From Anaerolineales bacterium (GTDB taxonomy: Bacteria > Chloroflexota > Anaerolineae > Anaerolineales > RBG-16-64-43): a stretch of 64,000 nt of DNA. Positions 46,322-55,438 of the stretch are shown here, one piece after another. The position numbers and the translations under genes were made by a program. Below the pieces are notes generated by a model. That model was not told the origin of the DNA. It searched no databases and worked only from the letters and a program-made list of their open reading frames with translations. The stretch spans positions 27,906 to 91,905 of the forward strand of contig JBEKLP010000002.1 of NCBI GenBank assembly GCA_050010135.1, in the 5' to 3' direction. Positions within the stretch are counted from its first letter, which is position 1. The number at the start of each line of letters is the position of its first letter.

Positions 46322-47929
46322 ATGAACGATTCCCCTTCTCCTTCTCCTTCACCTTCCCCTTCGCCCGCCCGCCCACGCTGGATTACACTCCCCAATGTTT
46401 TGTTTGCCGTTATTTTATGCGCAGGCATCTTGGCCAGGGTGTGGGAATTCGCCGCATTGCCCGCCGGATTGAACCAGGATGAAGCGTCGATTGGACTGGA
46501 TGCCTACGATTTGCTGCACTACGGGGTGGACCGAAATAACGTTTCCTTCCCGGTGAACTTCACATCGTGGGACAGCGGGATGGATGCCCTGTACGGGTAC
46601 ATCCTCATCCCGTTCGTCGGTTTCGGATTAACCGTATTTACGATTCGGCTGCCGCTCCTACTGTCGGGGATTCTCTCCCTGCCGCTGATTTACTTTGTCG
46701 GCAAACGAACGCTGGGCGTTTACTTCGGTTTACTCGCCATGTTCTTTCTGGCAATCAGTCCCTGGCATATCATGATGTCCCGCTGGGGATTGAACGATAA
46801 TATTCTCCCTTTTGTATTCCTGGCTGGCTTTGCCGCAACCGTCAACTCCACGCCGGAAAACAAATGGTTTCTCGTCGCGTCTTTTTTCTTTGGGCTTTGT
46901 CTTTATGCCTATGGGGCGGCGTATGTCGCCGTTCCTCTTTTCCTGCTTTGCGCAATTCCCATTTTGCTTATCCACAAATCCGTCAGCAAAAGAACCGCCA
47001 TCCAAGGGGCATGTATATTCGTTCTGCTTTCGGCGCCGATCGGCTTGTTCCTGTTGGTTAATTCCCTGCACCTGCAATCCATCACCATTGGACCGCTTAC
47101 CATTCCGCGGCTTCCAACCCAAGCCCGGTACGAATTCATGGCCGCCATTTTCTCGGCCGATCCGCTTTCGATTTTCAAGGAAAATATAATTGCAGCGATA
47201 CAGTTGATTATGGGAAAATCCGATGGTCTCCCGTGGAACGAATTATCCAACTATCAGTATTTCTACGCGCGGGCCTATATTCTATCTTTCGTCGGCGCCG
47301 TATTATTAATCCCTTCCTGGGGAATGAAGTCTCAAAAAGAAAAATGGCTCATGCTCTCCTGGCTCGCCGCCGCTTTTTGCATCGGCCTGATGCAGCCCGT
47401 GAACGTCAACCGTTTCAATCTGATCTTTATTCCATTGATCTTTTGCGCAGCCGTATGTGTGTTTTGTCTCCTGGCATACGCCCGTCCCTTCTCCTTGATC
47501 CTGCTCGTCCCGTTTGCAGCAGCATTCATCCTTTTCAACAGGGATTATCACGGGGTCGAATATCGCCAATCGATCGGCAAAGAGTTTTTCAATGGATTGC
47601 TGCCAGCATTGGAATTCACCCGGTCGATGGACGATCATCCGGTGTGTGTTACCGGTTCGGTCAATCAACCGTATATCTATGTGCTATTCCTCGAGAAAAA
47701 GAATCCGGCCGATTATATTGATAACCTGATTTACAACCAACCGGATTCCAGCTTCCGGACTGTGTTGTTTTACGGGCGGTATTCCTTTGGATCCCCTGAT
47801 TGTTCCAAGCAGCCGGACGCGGTTTCTATTCTATCCTCCGGCGAATCCATGGAAAATGCATCCGCCTTTGAGTCAAGGACCTTTGGGAATTTCATCGTCT
47901 ATTATCCAAAACAACCCGGCGATCCATGA
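46322..47929 (+). CDS. Glycosyltransferase family 39/ArnT-like membrane protein
   Basis: PAGLNQDEASIGLDAY, TIRLP, AISPWHIMMSRWG. Confidence 0.85.
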   Translation: MNDSPSPSPSPSPSPARPRWITLPNVLFAVILCAGILARVWEFAALPAGLNQDEASIGLDAYDLLHYGVDRNNVSFPVNFTSWDSGMDALYGYILIPFVGFGLTVFTIRLPLLLSGILSLPLIYFVGKRTLGVYFGLLAMFFLAISPWHIMMSRWGLNDNILPFVFLAGFAATVNSTPENKWFLVASFFFGLCLYAYGAAYVAVPLFLLCAIPILLIHKSVSKRTAIQGACIFVLLSAPIGLFLLVNSLHLQSITIGPLTIPRLPTQARYEFMAAIFSADPLSIFKENIIAAIQLIMGKSDGLPWNELSNYQYFYARAYILSFVGAVLLIPSWGMKSQKEKWLMLSWLAAAFCIGLMQPVNVNRFNLIFIPLIFCAAVCVFCLLAYARPFSLILLVPFAAAFILFNRDYHGVEYRQSIGKEFFNGLLPALEFTRSMDDHPVCVTGSVNQPYIYVLFLEKKNPADYIDNLIYNQPDSSFRTVLFYGRYSFGSPDCSKQPDAVSILSSGESMENASAFESRTFGNFIVYYPKQPGDP

Positions 47930-47953
47930 AATCCCTTCCGCTGATAAATATTT

Positions 47954-49237
47954 TCACTCTTTGGCCAATCTCGGTAGCCAGAAGACGGTAAGGACGACGG
48001 CCACCAGAGCCATTGCCGAACCGAAGAAAAACGGTGCGGACGGCCCCAACCCCTGCCAGCCGAAAACCCCTTGCCATAGAATTCCCGCGATCAGGGAAGC
48101 CGGGAATGCCATTATGCCGACCGCGGCGTTGAATATGCCGTAGGCCGTGCCGCGGCTTTCCGGCACGGAAAGGTCGGCGACGTACGCGCGGGCGGTCCCT
48201 TCCACCATCGCATAGTACAACCCGTAGAGCGCATACAGAACCCAGATTTGCCAGGAGGCTCCGGTCAGAGCGAACCCGAGATATACCAGGCCGTAGACCA
48301 ACCACCCGGCCACCAGCACCTTCCCCCGGCCGATTTTATCCGAACGCTGTCCGGCCGGGATGGAGACGATGGTATATACAACATTCATCATAAAGATGGC
48401 CAGCATTACATCGAACACGCTCAGCCCGCGATTCTGCGCCCGGAGGACGAGAAATGCATCGGAAGAGTTGCCGAGGGTGAAAAGGGCCACCACTATGAAG
48501 AACCCCACGAGGCGGGGGTTAAATTGCCGCACGACCGCTCCGGTAATTTTCGCCGGAGAACCCGGCTCCCCGACGGGTTTCGGTTTTTGAATCGGAGGAA
48601 CTTCACGGGCGATAATCACCAGGCTGACCACACCCAGAATGCCGGGCAGGATGCTCAGCCATACCACGGTGTGGAAGGTGGCGGCGGTAAGTTGCACCGC
48701 GGACGCTCCCGCCGCGTACGTGACCACCGCGGCGATCGCCAAGCCGATGGTCGCACCCGCCGTATCGGCTGCGCGGTGCAACCCGAAGCTGTAGCCGCGG
48801 TTATCCGTTCGCACCGAATCCGCCACCAGCGCGTCGCGCGGCGCAGTCCGAATCCCCTTTCCCAGCCGGTCGAAGAATCGAAGCAGCAGCACCAGCGGCC
48901 AGGTATTGGCCAGCAGGAACAGCGGCTTGGCGACGGCCGAGAGCGAGTAGCCGAAGACGGTCAATCCTTTCCGTTTGCCGAGCTTGTCGGAAAGCCAGCC
49001 GGAGATCAATCGGGTCAGGCTGGCGGTGCTTTCCGCCACGCCCTCGATCAGCCCCACCACCGCCGTCTGCGCGCCGAGCACGTTGGTCAGGAACAGCGGC
49101 AGGAGATAGACGATCATCTCCGACGAAATATCCGTGAAGAACGAGCCCAGGGATACCGCGATCAGGTTTCTCGGAATTCGGGGTTGCGGTTTGTCGGCTG
49201 TAGGATCGACCAATGCAGACCTCACTGAGGCGTTCAT
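47954..49237 (-). CDS. MFS transporter
   Basis: TDISSEM, GWLSDKLGKRK, DRLGKGIRTAPRDAL, LGNSSDAF; about 12 TM helices. Confidence 0.92.
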   Translation of the reverse strand: MNASVRSALVDPTADKPQPRIPRNLIAVSLGSFFTDISSEMIVYLLPLFLTNVLGAQTAVVGLIEGVAESTASLTRLISGWLSDKLGKRKGLTVFGYSLSAVAKPLFLLANTWPLVLLLRFFDRLGKGIRTAPRDALVADSVRTDNRGYSFGLHRAADTAGATIGLAIAAVVTYAAGASAVQLTAATFHTVVWLSILPGILGVVSLVIIAREVPPIQKPKPVGEPGSPAKITGAVVRQFNPRLVGFFIVVALFTLGNSSDAFLVLRAQNRGLSVFDVMLAIFMMNVVYTIVSIPAGQRSDKIGRGKVLVAGWLVYGLVYLGFALTGASWQIWVLYALYGLYYAMVEGTARAYVADLSVPESRGTAYGIFNAAVGIMAFPASLIAGILWQGVFGWQGLGPSAPFFFGSAMALVAVVLTVFWLPRLAKE

Positions 49238-49521
49238 GAGAATCCAAATCCCCGCAAGTGTACTACATCCGAAAATTATTTTCCCGTCTATTCCCGCGGG
49301 AATCATCGCTGAAAGGGCTCGGGGCGGAAGAATGTATTAAAATGACAGAACGAAAACGGAATCCGAAACAATCCCCTGGCCCCCTTTTACTGATGAAGCA
49401 GAACGCTGGTGGATTGTCTATTCCCCGGTTTATCCGAGCGTGATAAATCGGGCTGAACGGATTTTGGGGGAACGGATGGGAGGTTGGGCCGGAGATCAGC
49501 ATTCCATTCAGAGGAGCAATC

Positions 49522-50613
49522 ATGAAACCCAAACGGATCGGGATCACCACCGGCGGCGGGGATGCCCCCGGGTTGAACGCAGTCATCCGGGCTGTGGTGA
49601 AGACGGCAGCCATCGATTACGGCGCCGAGGTCATCGGGATCGAAGACGGATTCGACGGGCTATTGCGGGCCGGCGGAGTGCACCCGCTCACTCCGGATGA
49701 TGTACGGGGGATTCTGCCCCGGGGCGGAACCATCCTCGGGACGGCCAGCCGCGGCAATCCCTTCGCCCGCAAAATCGTCCAGCCGGACGGCGCCACCCGG
49801 GTGGTGGACATGTCGGATGAAGTCCTGGCTGCGATTGTTGCGCTGAACCTGGACGCCCTGATCGTCATCGGCGGCGACGGCACCCTGCGTATCGCGCTGG
49901 AACTGAAACACAAGGGCTGCCCGGTGGTAGGGGTCCCAAAGACGATCGACAACGACGTCGGCGGAACCGAAGTCACCTTCGGATTCGACACCGCGCTCAA
50001 CACCGCCACCGAAGCGATCGACAAGCTGCACACCACGGCCGAATCCCACCACCGCGCGATGGTGGTGGAACTGATGGGACGCGACGCCGGATTCCTCGCG
50101 TTGCATGCCGGGGTGGCCGGCGGAGCGGATGTGATCCTGATCCCGGAACTCCCGTTCCTGTTCGAGAGCGTTTGCGGCAAGGTGTGCGAACGCGCCTCGC
50201 GCGGAAGCAAGTTCAGCATCCTCGCCGTGGCGGAAGGCGCGCATCCCAAAGGCGAAGACCCGATCTATTCCATCGCCGGCGACGAAGTGCGGGTGGCACG
50301 GTTGGGCGGAATTGGAACGCTGGTCGGCCGGATCATCGGCGAACGCTGCCAGACGGAAACGCGTGTCACGGTTCTCGGTCACGTCCAACGGGGAGGCGGT
50401 CCGACCCCCTTCGACCGTTGGCTGGCGACGCGCTACGGCGCCGCCGCAGTGCGTCTGGCTATGCGGGGAGGATTCGGCCGAATGGTCGCACTTCAATATT
50501 CCACCATCACCGATCTTCCCCTCGAAGAGGCGCTGGCCGTTCCCAAGCGCGTGGATCTTTCCAGCGACGGAATGCTTACGGCGCGCGGGTTGGGGATCTG
50601 CTTCGGCGATTAA
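49522..50613 (+). CDS. pfkA: 6-phosphofructokinase (group III/mixed-substrate clade; GGDG suggests ATP dependence)
   Basis: GGGDAPGLNAVIR, GGTILGT, GGDGT, PKTIDND, ELMGRDAG, LGHVQRGG. Confidence 0.95.
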   Translation: MKPKRIGITTGGGDAPGLNAVIRAVVKTAAIDYGAEVIGIEDGFDGLLRAGGVHPLTPDDVRGILPRGGTILGTASRGNPFARKIVQPDGATRVVDMSDEVLAAIVALNLDALIVIGGDGTLRIALELKHKGCPVVGVPKTIDNDVGGTEVTFGFDTALNTATEAIDKLHTTAESHHRAMVVELMGRDAGFLALHAGVAGGADVILIPELPFLFESVCGKVCERASRGSKFSILAVAEGAHPKGEDPIYSIAGDEVRVARLGGIGTLVGRIIGERCQTETRVTVLGHVQRGGGPTPFDRWLATRYGAAAVRLAMRGGFGRMVALQYSTITDLPLEEALAVPKRVDLSSDGMLTARGLGICFGD

Positions 50614-50645
50614 AAGTCAAAGGCCGTCCCGAAGGACGGCCTTTG
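50612..50645 (-). terminator. Terminator hairpin with a cUUCGg loop on the minus strand (may also serve pfkA)
   Basis: Minus strand reads CAAAGGCCGTCC-TTCG-GGACGGCCTTTG-ACTTTT. Confidence 0.75.
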
Positions 50646-50775
50646 CTGCGCTGCGGCATCTTACTCGCAAAAAAGGAGGGATGCCGCAGCGCGAGGACTA
50701 CCGTAAATACTCATCTTGGGCATCACCTCCTCCTTTCTGTAGAATAGCGCGGAAAGGGGGACGAACTCTTCCGCG
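50618..50775 (-). ncRNA. Candidate ~160-nt structured transcript, possibly encoding a 17-20 aa peptide (50661-50714/50723)
   Basis: Has its own promoter, a 5' hairpin, strong SD AAAGGAGGAGGTGA, sORF (MPK)MSIYGSPRAAASLLFCE, a 13-bp hairpin and a terminator. Confidence 0.45.
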
Positions 50776-50778
50776 GTA

Positions 50779-50808
50779 AGTATCGCATATCGTCGAGTCG
50801 GTTGTCAA
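50779..50808 (-). promoter_or_regulatory. Promoter for the candidate small transcript
   Basis: Minus-strand TTGACA (50803-50808), 18-bp spacer, GATACT with an upstream TG. Confidence 0.55.
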
Positions 50809-50817
50809 GGGAAGGCG

Positions 50818-51771
50818 ATGGGATATCTCGAAAGCCTGCGCGGCTCGGTCGGCAGCGCATTGATTCCTTTGGCGTATAGCACCATTCTTGTTCGCGATGA
50901 AAACGGCCGGATGCTTTTCCAGCGCCGGTCGGATTTCGGCGTATGGGGGTTGCCCGGCGGAATTCTTGAATTGGGGGAGAGCCCAGCGGATTGCGCCATA
51001 CGCGAAGCGCGCGAAGAAACCGGCCTCGCGGTGCGTCCGCTCCGCTTGACGTCGGTCCTCTCCAGTCCACGCCATAATATTCTCTATCCGAACGGCGATC
51101 GCGTCCAACAAATCACTTTCTATTTCGAATGTTCGATCGAGGGCGGATCACTCCACACCGGCGGAGGAGAATCCTCCGCGTTGGCGTTTTTTCCACCGGA
51201 CGATTTTCCCCCCACCCTTGCCTGGTACCGGCTGGCTCTAGAGAAACGAGATACGCTCGAACCGTTTTTCGATCCGCCAGAATTTTCCTCCCCACGGCCC
51301 GGCTTCTCCGAATCCTCCACTTGGTCTACGCTCCGCGACCGGGTTGGATCCGCACCGTTGATCCTGCCCAGCGCCACCGCATTGATCCGCGACCTGCACG
51401 GCCGGGTGCTGCTGGTGCGCCGGATGGATTCCGGATTATGGTCGTTGCCGGGCGGATTATTGGAACTGGGGGAAAGCCTTGCGGGAACCGTGATGCGTGA
51501 AACAGAAGAGGAAACCGGCTTGCAGGTGGAACCGATCCGCATCCGCGGTGTATTCGGCGGGCACCGGGTGGTCTTCCCCGGCGGAGATGTGCTTTTCCCG
51601 ATCGCCACTTGGTTCGAATGCAGTATCTGCTCGGGATCGCAGCGCCCGGACGGCGGTGAAATTTCCCGGACGGAATTTTTCGAGACATCCAACCTCCCAG
51701 AAATGATACCCGGCGTTAGGGAGCGACTCCAGACGGTCCTGGATTCACCGGATTCCGCGGTTTTCCACTGA
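50818..51771 (+). CDS. Tandem-domain NUDIX hydrolase
   Basis: Two Nudix boxes: GGILELGESPADCAIREAREETGL and GGLLELGESLAGTVMRETEEETGL. Confidence 0.93.
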   Translation: MGYLESLRGSVGSALIPLAYSTILVRDENGRMLFQRRSDFGVWGLPGGILELGESPADCAIREAREETGLAVRPLRLTSVLSSPRHNILYPNGDRVQQITFYFECSIEGGSLHTGGGESSALAFFPPDDFPPTLAWYRLALEKRDTLEPFFDPPEFSSPRPGFSESSTWSTLRDRVGSAPLILPSATALIRDLHGRVLLVRRMDSGLWSLPGGLLELGESLAGTVMRETEEETGLQVEPIRIRGVFGGHRVVFPGGDVLFPIATWFECSICSGSQRPDGGEISRTEFFETSNLPEMIPGVRERLQTVLDSPDSAVFH

Positions 51772-52095
51772 AACCGAACGCCGATCTCCCGGTGTACAAT
51801 CAGGAAGGTTGTCGCGATTCATGCGCTACAAAAGCCATGAAAAAATCCGTTGGCTCGAAAGCAGCCAAACCCTCCCGTCGGCCAACCCGGTCCTCCACCC
51901 ATCCCGCCTCCCGCCCATACCGCACGTCTTCACAACCCGTTCCCCCGGTCATCCTATTCACCGGATTTTCCCCGATCAAAACATCCCGGCGGGCGAAAAG
52001 CCGGTTAGCAAGATGCCCGCTTTGAATCCATGCCAAATCCTTCTGGTTGACGATAATCCGATTGTGGACGACGAACTCTGATCGGTGTCAATTCC

Positions 52096-53064
52096 ATGCG
52101 ACCGGTTCCGATTTTTCTGATGTTCCTCGACGGCGTGGGATTAGGCAGCCCGGATCCGAAAATCAATCCGCTGGCTGCAGCGAACCTGCCGCACCTCACC
52201 GCTTTGCTGGAAGGTCGCCGGCTCTTGCTCGGTCTTGAACCGTTCGACGGAGCGTACGCCTCCTTCCGTTCCGTCGATGCGACCTTGGGCATGGAAGGCC
52301 TTCCGGAATCCGCCACCGGCCAATCCACCCTGCTAACCGGCGTGAACGTCCCGCGGATCATCGGCACGCATTTTGGACCCAAACCCGATCCGCGCATCCG
52401 GGCGATCCTGCACGATAACAATCTCATCCGGCGGTTGGTGGAAACCGGATTCCGCTGCCGGTTGCTCAACGCCTACCCCGCTTCCTATTTCGACGCCATC
52501 CGCAGCGGGCGGAGACTGCACTCCGCAATCCCGCTCGCCTTTGACCTGGCGGGGATCCCCCTGGCAACCGAGGAGGATTTAATCCGGGGGGATGCGATCT
52601 CGGCCGATTTCACCGGCCGTGGATGGCGTAACCGGCTGCGATACACGGATATACCCGTCCTCACCCCGAACCAGGCCGGAAGGCGGATGGCAGAACTGGC
52701 TCTACAGAACGATTTCACCGTCTTCGATTATTGGCCGACCGATTACGCCGGTCATTTCCAAGATATGCGCGGTGCCGTGCGCTTGCTGGAGATGCTAGAC
52801 CGCGTTTTGGGCGGAATGGCTGCGGCTATGACGGGAACGGATTTGACCGTCGTCATCACGTCCGATCATGGCAACATCGAGGATCTGTCCGTGCGGGGAC
52901 ACACCCGGAATCCTGTTCCGGCCATCATCCTGGGTCCGCCGGCCGTTAGAAAAATAATCGCTCAGCGGATGAAGGATTTAACCGGGTTTGCTCCGGCCGT
53001 TTTGGAGCTCTTCCATATCCCGGTGGCTTCCGGGGATCAGGAGGAAGAGGCTCCTGCCGATTAA
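52096..53064 (+). CDS. Alkaline phosphatase superfamily metalloenzyme (phosphoglycerate mutase/phosphopentomutase-like)
   Basis: FLDGVG, PESATGQ, TDYAGH, TSDHGN and GHTRNPVP metal-binding motifs. Confidence 0.85.
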   Translation: MRPVPIFLMFLDGVGLGSPDPKINPLAAANLPHLTALLEGRRLLLGLEPFDGAYASFRSVDATLGMEGLPESATGQSTLLTGVNVPRIIGTHFGPKPDPRIRAILHDNNLIRRLVETGFRCRLLNAYPASYFDAIRSGRRLHSAIPLAFDLAGIPLATEEDLIRGDAISADFTGRGWRNRLRYTDIPVLTPNQAGRRMAELALQNDFTVFDYWPTDYAGHFQDMRGAVRLLEMLDRVLGGMAAAMTGTDLTVVITSDHGNIEDLSVRGHTRNPVPAIILGPPAVRKIIAQRMKDLTGFAPAVLELFHIPVASGDQEEEAPAD

Positions 53065-53173
53065 TTTTCCTTCCTCATCGGCATGGTGACGTTGCCACCG
53101 TGAATTTAAATGAAGAGGGGGGATTAAATATATTCGCGGATGGAGTTCCGAGAAATGTCCGGGATGGGGGCGA

Positions 53174-53932
53174 TCACTCTTCTCGTTGAAGTTTTTCCAG
53201 CGCCTTTTGGGCGGCATCCTGGGCCGCAGCCTGCTTGCTGTTACCCGTTCCGATGCCGAAGGAGCGCCCGGCCACCAGAACCTCGATCGTATACTGCCGG
53301 TCATGATCCGGACCGGTCATGTCCACCACCCGGTAACCGGGCGTCGCCCCGAACTTCGCCTGAGCCTTTTCCTGGAACAGGCTTTTGCAGTCGCTGCTGG
53401 CAAGCCGTTCGAACACGCGATCGGCTTCCCGTTGAAAGAGAGGTCCGGCAAAGGCGTAGGCTTTCTCCATTCCCTGGTCCAGCGCGATCGCGCCCGTCAG
53501 CGCCTCGAACGTTCCGCAAAGTATCGTTGCCCGGTTTTCTCCGCCGGCGAGCCGTTCCCCCTTCCCGATACGCAGGATTTGATTCAGTCCGATCTGTTGT
53601 GCGAATGCCGCCAAGCTTTCGGTCCGGACCAATGCCGAGCGCATCCGGGTCAAATCCCCTTCGGAGAGTTCCGGAAAATGCTGGTACAACCAATACGCGG
53701 CGAGATAATCCAGAACGGCGTCGCCGAGGAATTCCAGCCGCTCGTAATCCTCCCCTTCCTCAGCGCTCTCGTTGGCGAAGGAACTGTGGGTGAGGGCTCG
53801 GATGGCCAGCCCGGGATTGGCAAAGACCAATCCGGTCGCACGCTCCACCGCCTCCGCGGTGGGGTGTTTTTTTTCACCAGCCGGGATGCGGTTATCGGAG
53901 AGAAAGGCTTCCGGGGAGGATGGTTCTTTCAT
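53174..53932 (-). CDS. rnc: Ribonuclease III
   Basis: ALTHSS, YERLEFLGDAVL, FEALTGAI, dsRBD GPDHDRQY...SKQAAAQDAA. Confidence 0.96.
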   Translation of the reverse strand: MKEPSSPEAFLSDNRIPAGEKKHPTAEAVERATGLVFANPGLAIRALTHSSFANESAEEGEDYERLEFLGDAVLDYLAAYWLYQHFPELSEGDLTRMRSALVRTESLAAFAQQIGLNQILRIGKGERLAGGENRATILCGTFEALTGAIALDQGMEKAYAFAGPLFQREADRVFERLASSDCKSLFQEKAQAKFGATPGYRVVDMTGPDHDRQYTIEVLVAGRSFGIGTGNSKQAAAQDAAQKALEKLQREE

Positions 53933-55158
53933 TCCTGAAAAGCGCGGATCACCAGAACGGCGTTATGCCCGCCGAAACCGAAGGCGTTGCTGACCGCCAC
54001 CCGGACCGGTTTTGCACGGGCAGTGTTGGGAACGTAATCCAGATCGCATTCCGGATCGGGGGTGGCGTAATGAATGGTCGGAGGAATCTTCCCGTCCCGG
54101 ATGGCCAGGGTGCAGAAGATGACCTCCAGCGCGCCGGTTGTCCCCATCATGTGCCCTGTCATCGATTTCGTGGAGGAGACGGGGATTTTGTAGGCAAGTT
54201 TCCCAAACACCCGTTTTATGGCTTTGGTCTCTGAAAGGTCGTTGAGCACCGTTCCGGTGCCGTGGGCATTGATGTAATCCACGTCTTCGGTTTTCACTCC
54301 GGCCGACGCCAGCGCCAGCTGGATGGCCCGGGCGCTTCCCGAACCGTCCTCCGCCGGAGCGGTGACGTGGAAAGCGTCGGAGGTGGCGCCGTACCCGGCC
54401 AGTTCGGCGAGAATTTTCGCCCCGCGTTTGCGGGCAAGGGTTAAACTTTCCAGCATCAGGACGGCCGCGCCTTCCCCCATCACCAAGCCGTCGCGGTTCT
54501 TGTCGAAGGGTTTCGGTACATCCAAAGAATTTCCGCGGGTCATCGCGCCAACGCGGTCGAAGGCTCCCATCGCCAGTTCGCACATGGTCGCGTCAGAGGC
54601 GCCCGCGATCACCGCGTCCACATCGCCGGATCGGATCATGCGCCAGGCGATCCCCACCCCGTCGGCACCCGAGGCGCAGGCCGACGCCACCGAAAAAGAC
54701 GGTCCGTGCGCGCCGAATTCAATCGCCACCATCCCCGAGGCGCCGTTGGGCATGAGCATCGGAATCGTGAAAGGGCTGAGCTTGCGTGGGCCGGTGGTCA
54801 GGAGCGTCTTGCTGGCATCCTGCAAAGTCTGGATCCCGCCGACGGCAGATGCAATGACGACCCCCACCCGGTCGGAATGGGCGTGAATATCCAAACCCGA
54901 GAGCGTAATTGCTTGCCGGGCCGAGGCGACGGCATATTGTTCGAACCGGTCCATGCGCCTGGCGGTGCGTGCATCCATGAACTTGGTCGGATCAAACCCC
55001 TTCACTTCGCAGGCGATCCGCACCGAGAGGCGGGATGCATCAAACTGCTCGATTTCATGCGTTGAGGATACTCCGGCCAAGGCGTTTTTCCAGCTGTTTT
55101 CCGGATCGAGCCCCAGGGGGTTAATCGTTCCCATCCCGGTTATGACAACGCGTTCCAT
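53929..55158 (-). CDS. fabF: Beta-ketoacyl-ACP synthase II
   Basis: MERVVITGMG, SACASG, NAHGTGT, STKSMTGH, SNAFGFGGHN; preceded by GAGGAGG. Confidence 0.96.
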   Translation of the reverse strand: MERVVITGMGTINPLGLDPENSWKNALAGVSSTHEIEQFDASRLSVRIACEVKGFDPTKFMDARTARRMDRFEQYAVASARQAITLSGLDIHAHSDRVGVVIASAVGGIQTLQDASKTLLTTGPRKLSPFTIPMLMPNGASGMVAIEFGAHGPSFSVASACASGADGVGIAWRMIRSGDVDAVIAGASDATMCELAMGAFDRVGAMTRGNSLDVPKPFDKNRDGLVMGEGAAVLMLESLTLARKRGAKILAELAGYGATSDAFHVTAPAEDGSGSARAIQLALASAGVKTEDVDYINAHGTGTVLNDLSETKAIKRVFGKLAYKIPVSSTKSMTGHMMGTTGALEVIFCTLAIRDGKIPPTIHYATPDPECDLDYVPNTARAKPVRVAVSNAFGFGGHNAVLVIRAFQE

Positions 55159-55438
55159 GGATTGACCTCCTCGGAAATAATCACTCTCGGATGCCGCGAA
55201 TCTTTTACAACCCTCTCCGGTTCTTTCGGGGATTTTCCCGGGTCTTCCTTCCGGTTCGTCCCCCGGTCTTCGTGCACAGTTCGCCGATGCGTTTTCCCAA
55301 TTCCTGAAGGGAATTATAGGATAAACCGCGACTGGATTATACCCCGCCCGATTTTCGTTTGCGGGATGGCAACACCCTGATATAATCATTTTAATAGTGG
55401 GTTTCCGCCTCAGGAGAGCGACCCTGAACACTCAACGT

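Noticed and set aside
51809-52081. 90-aa ORF ending in ILLVDDNP, like the start of a receiver domain
   Set aside because: The motif is followed almost at once by a stop, and the rest is Pro-rich with no recognisable similarity; not enough support for a gene or pseudogene.
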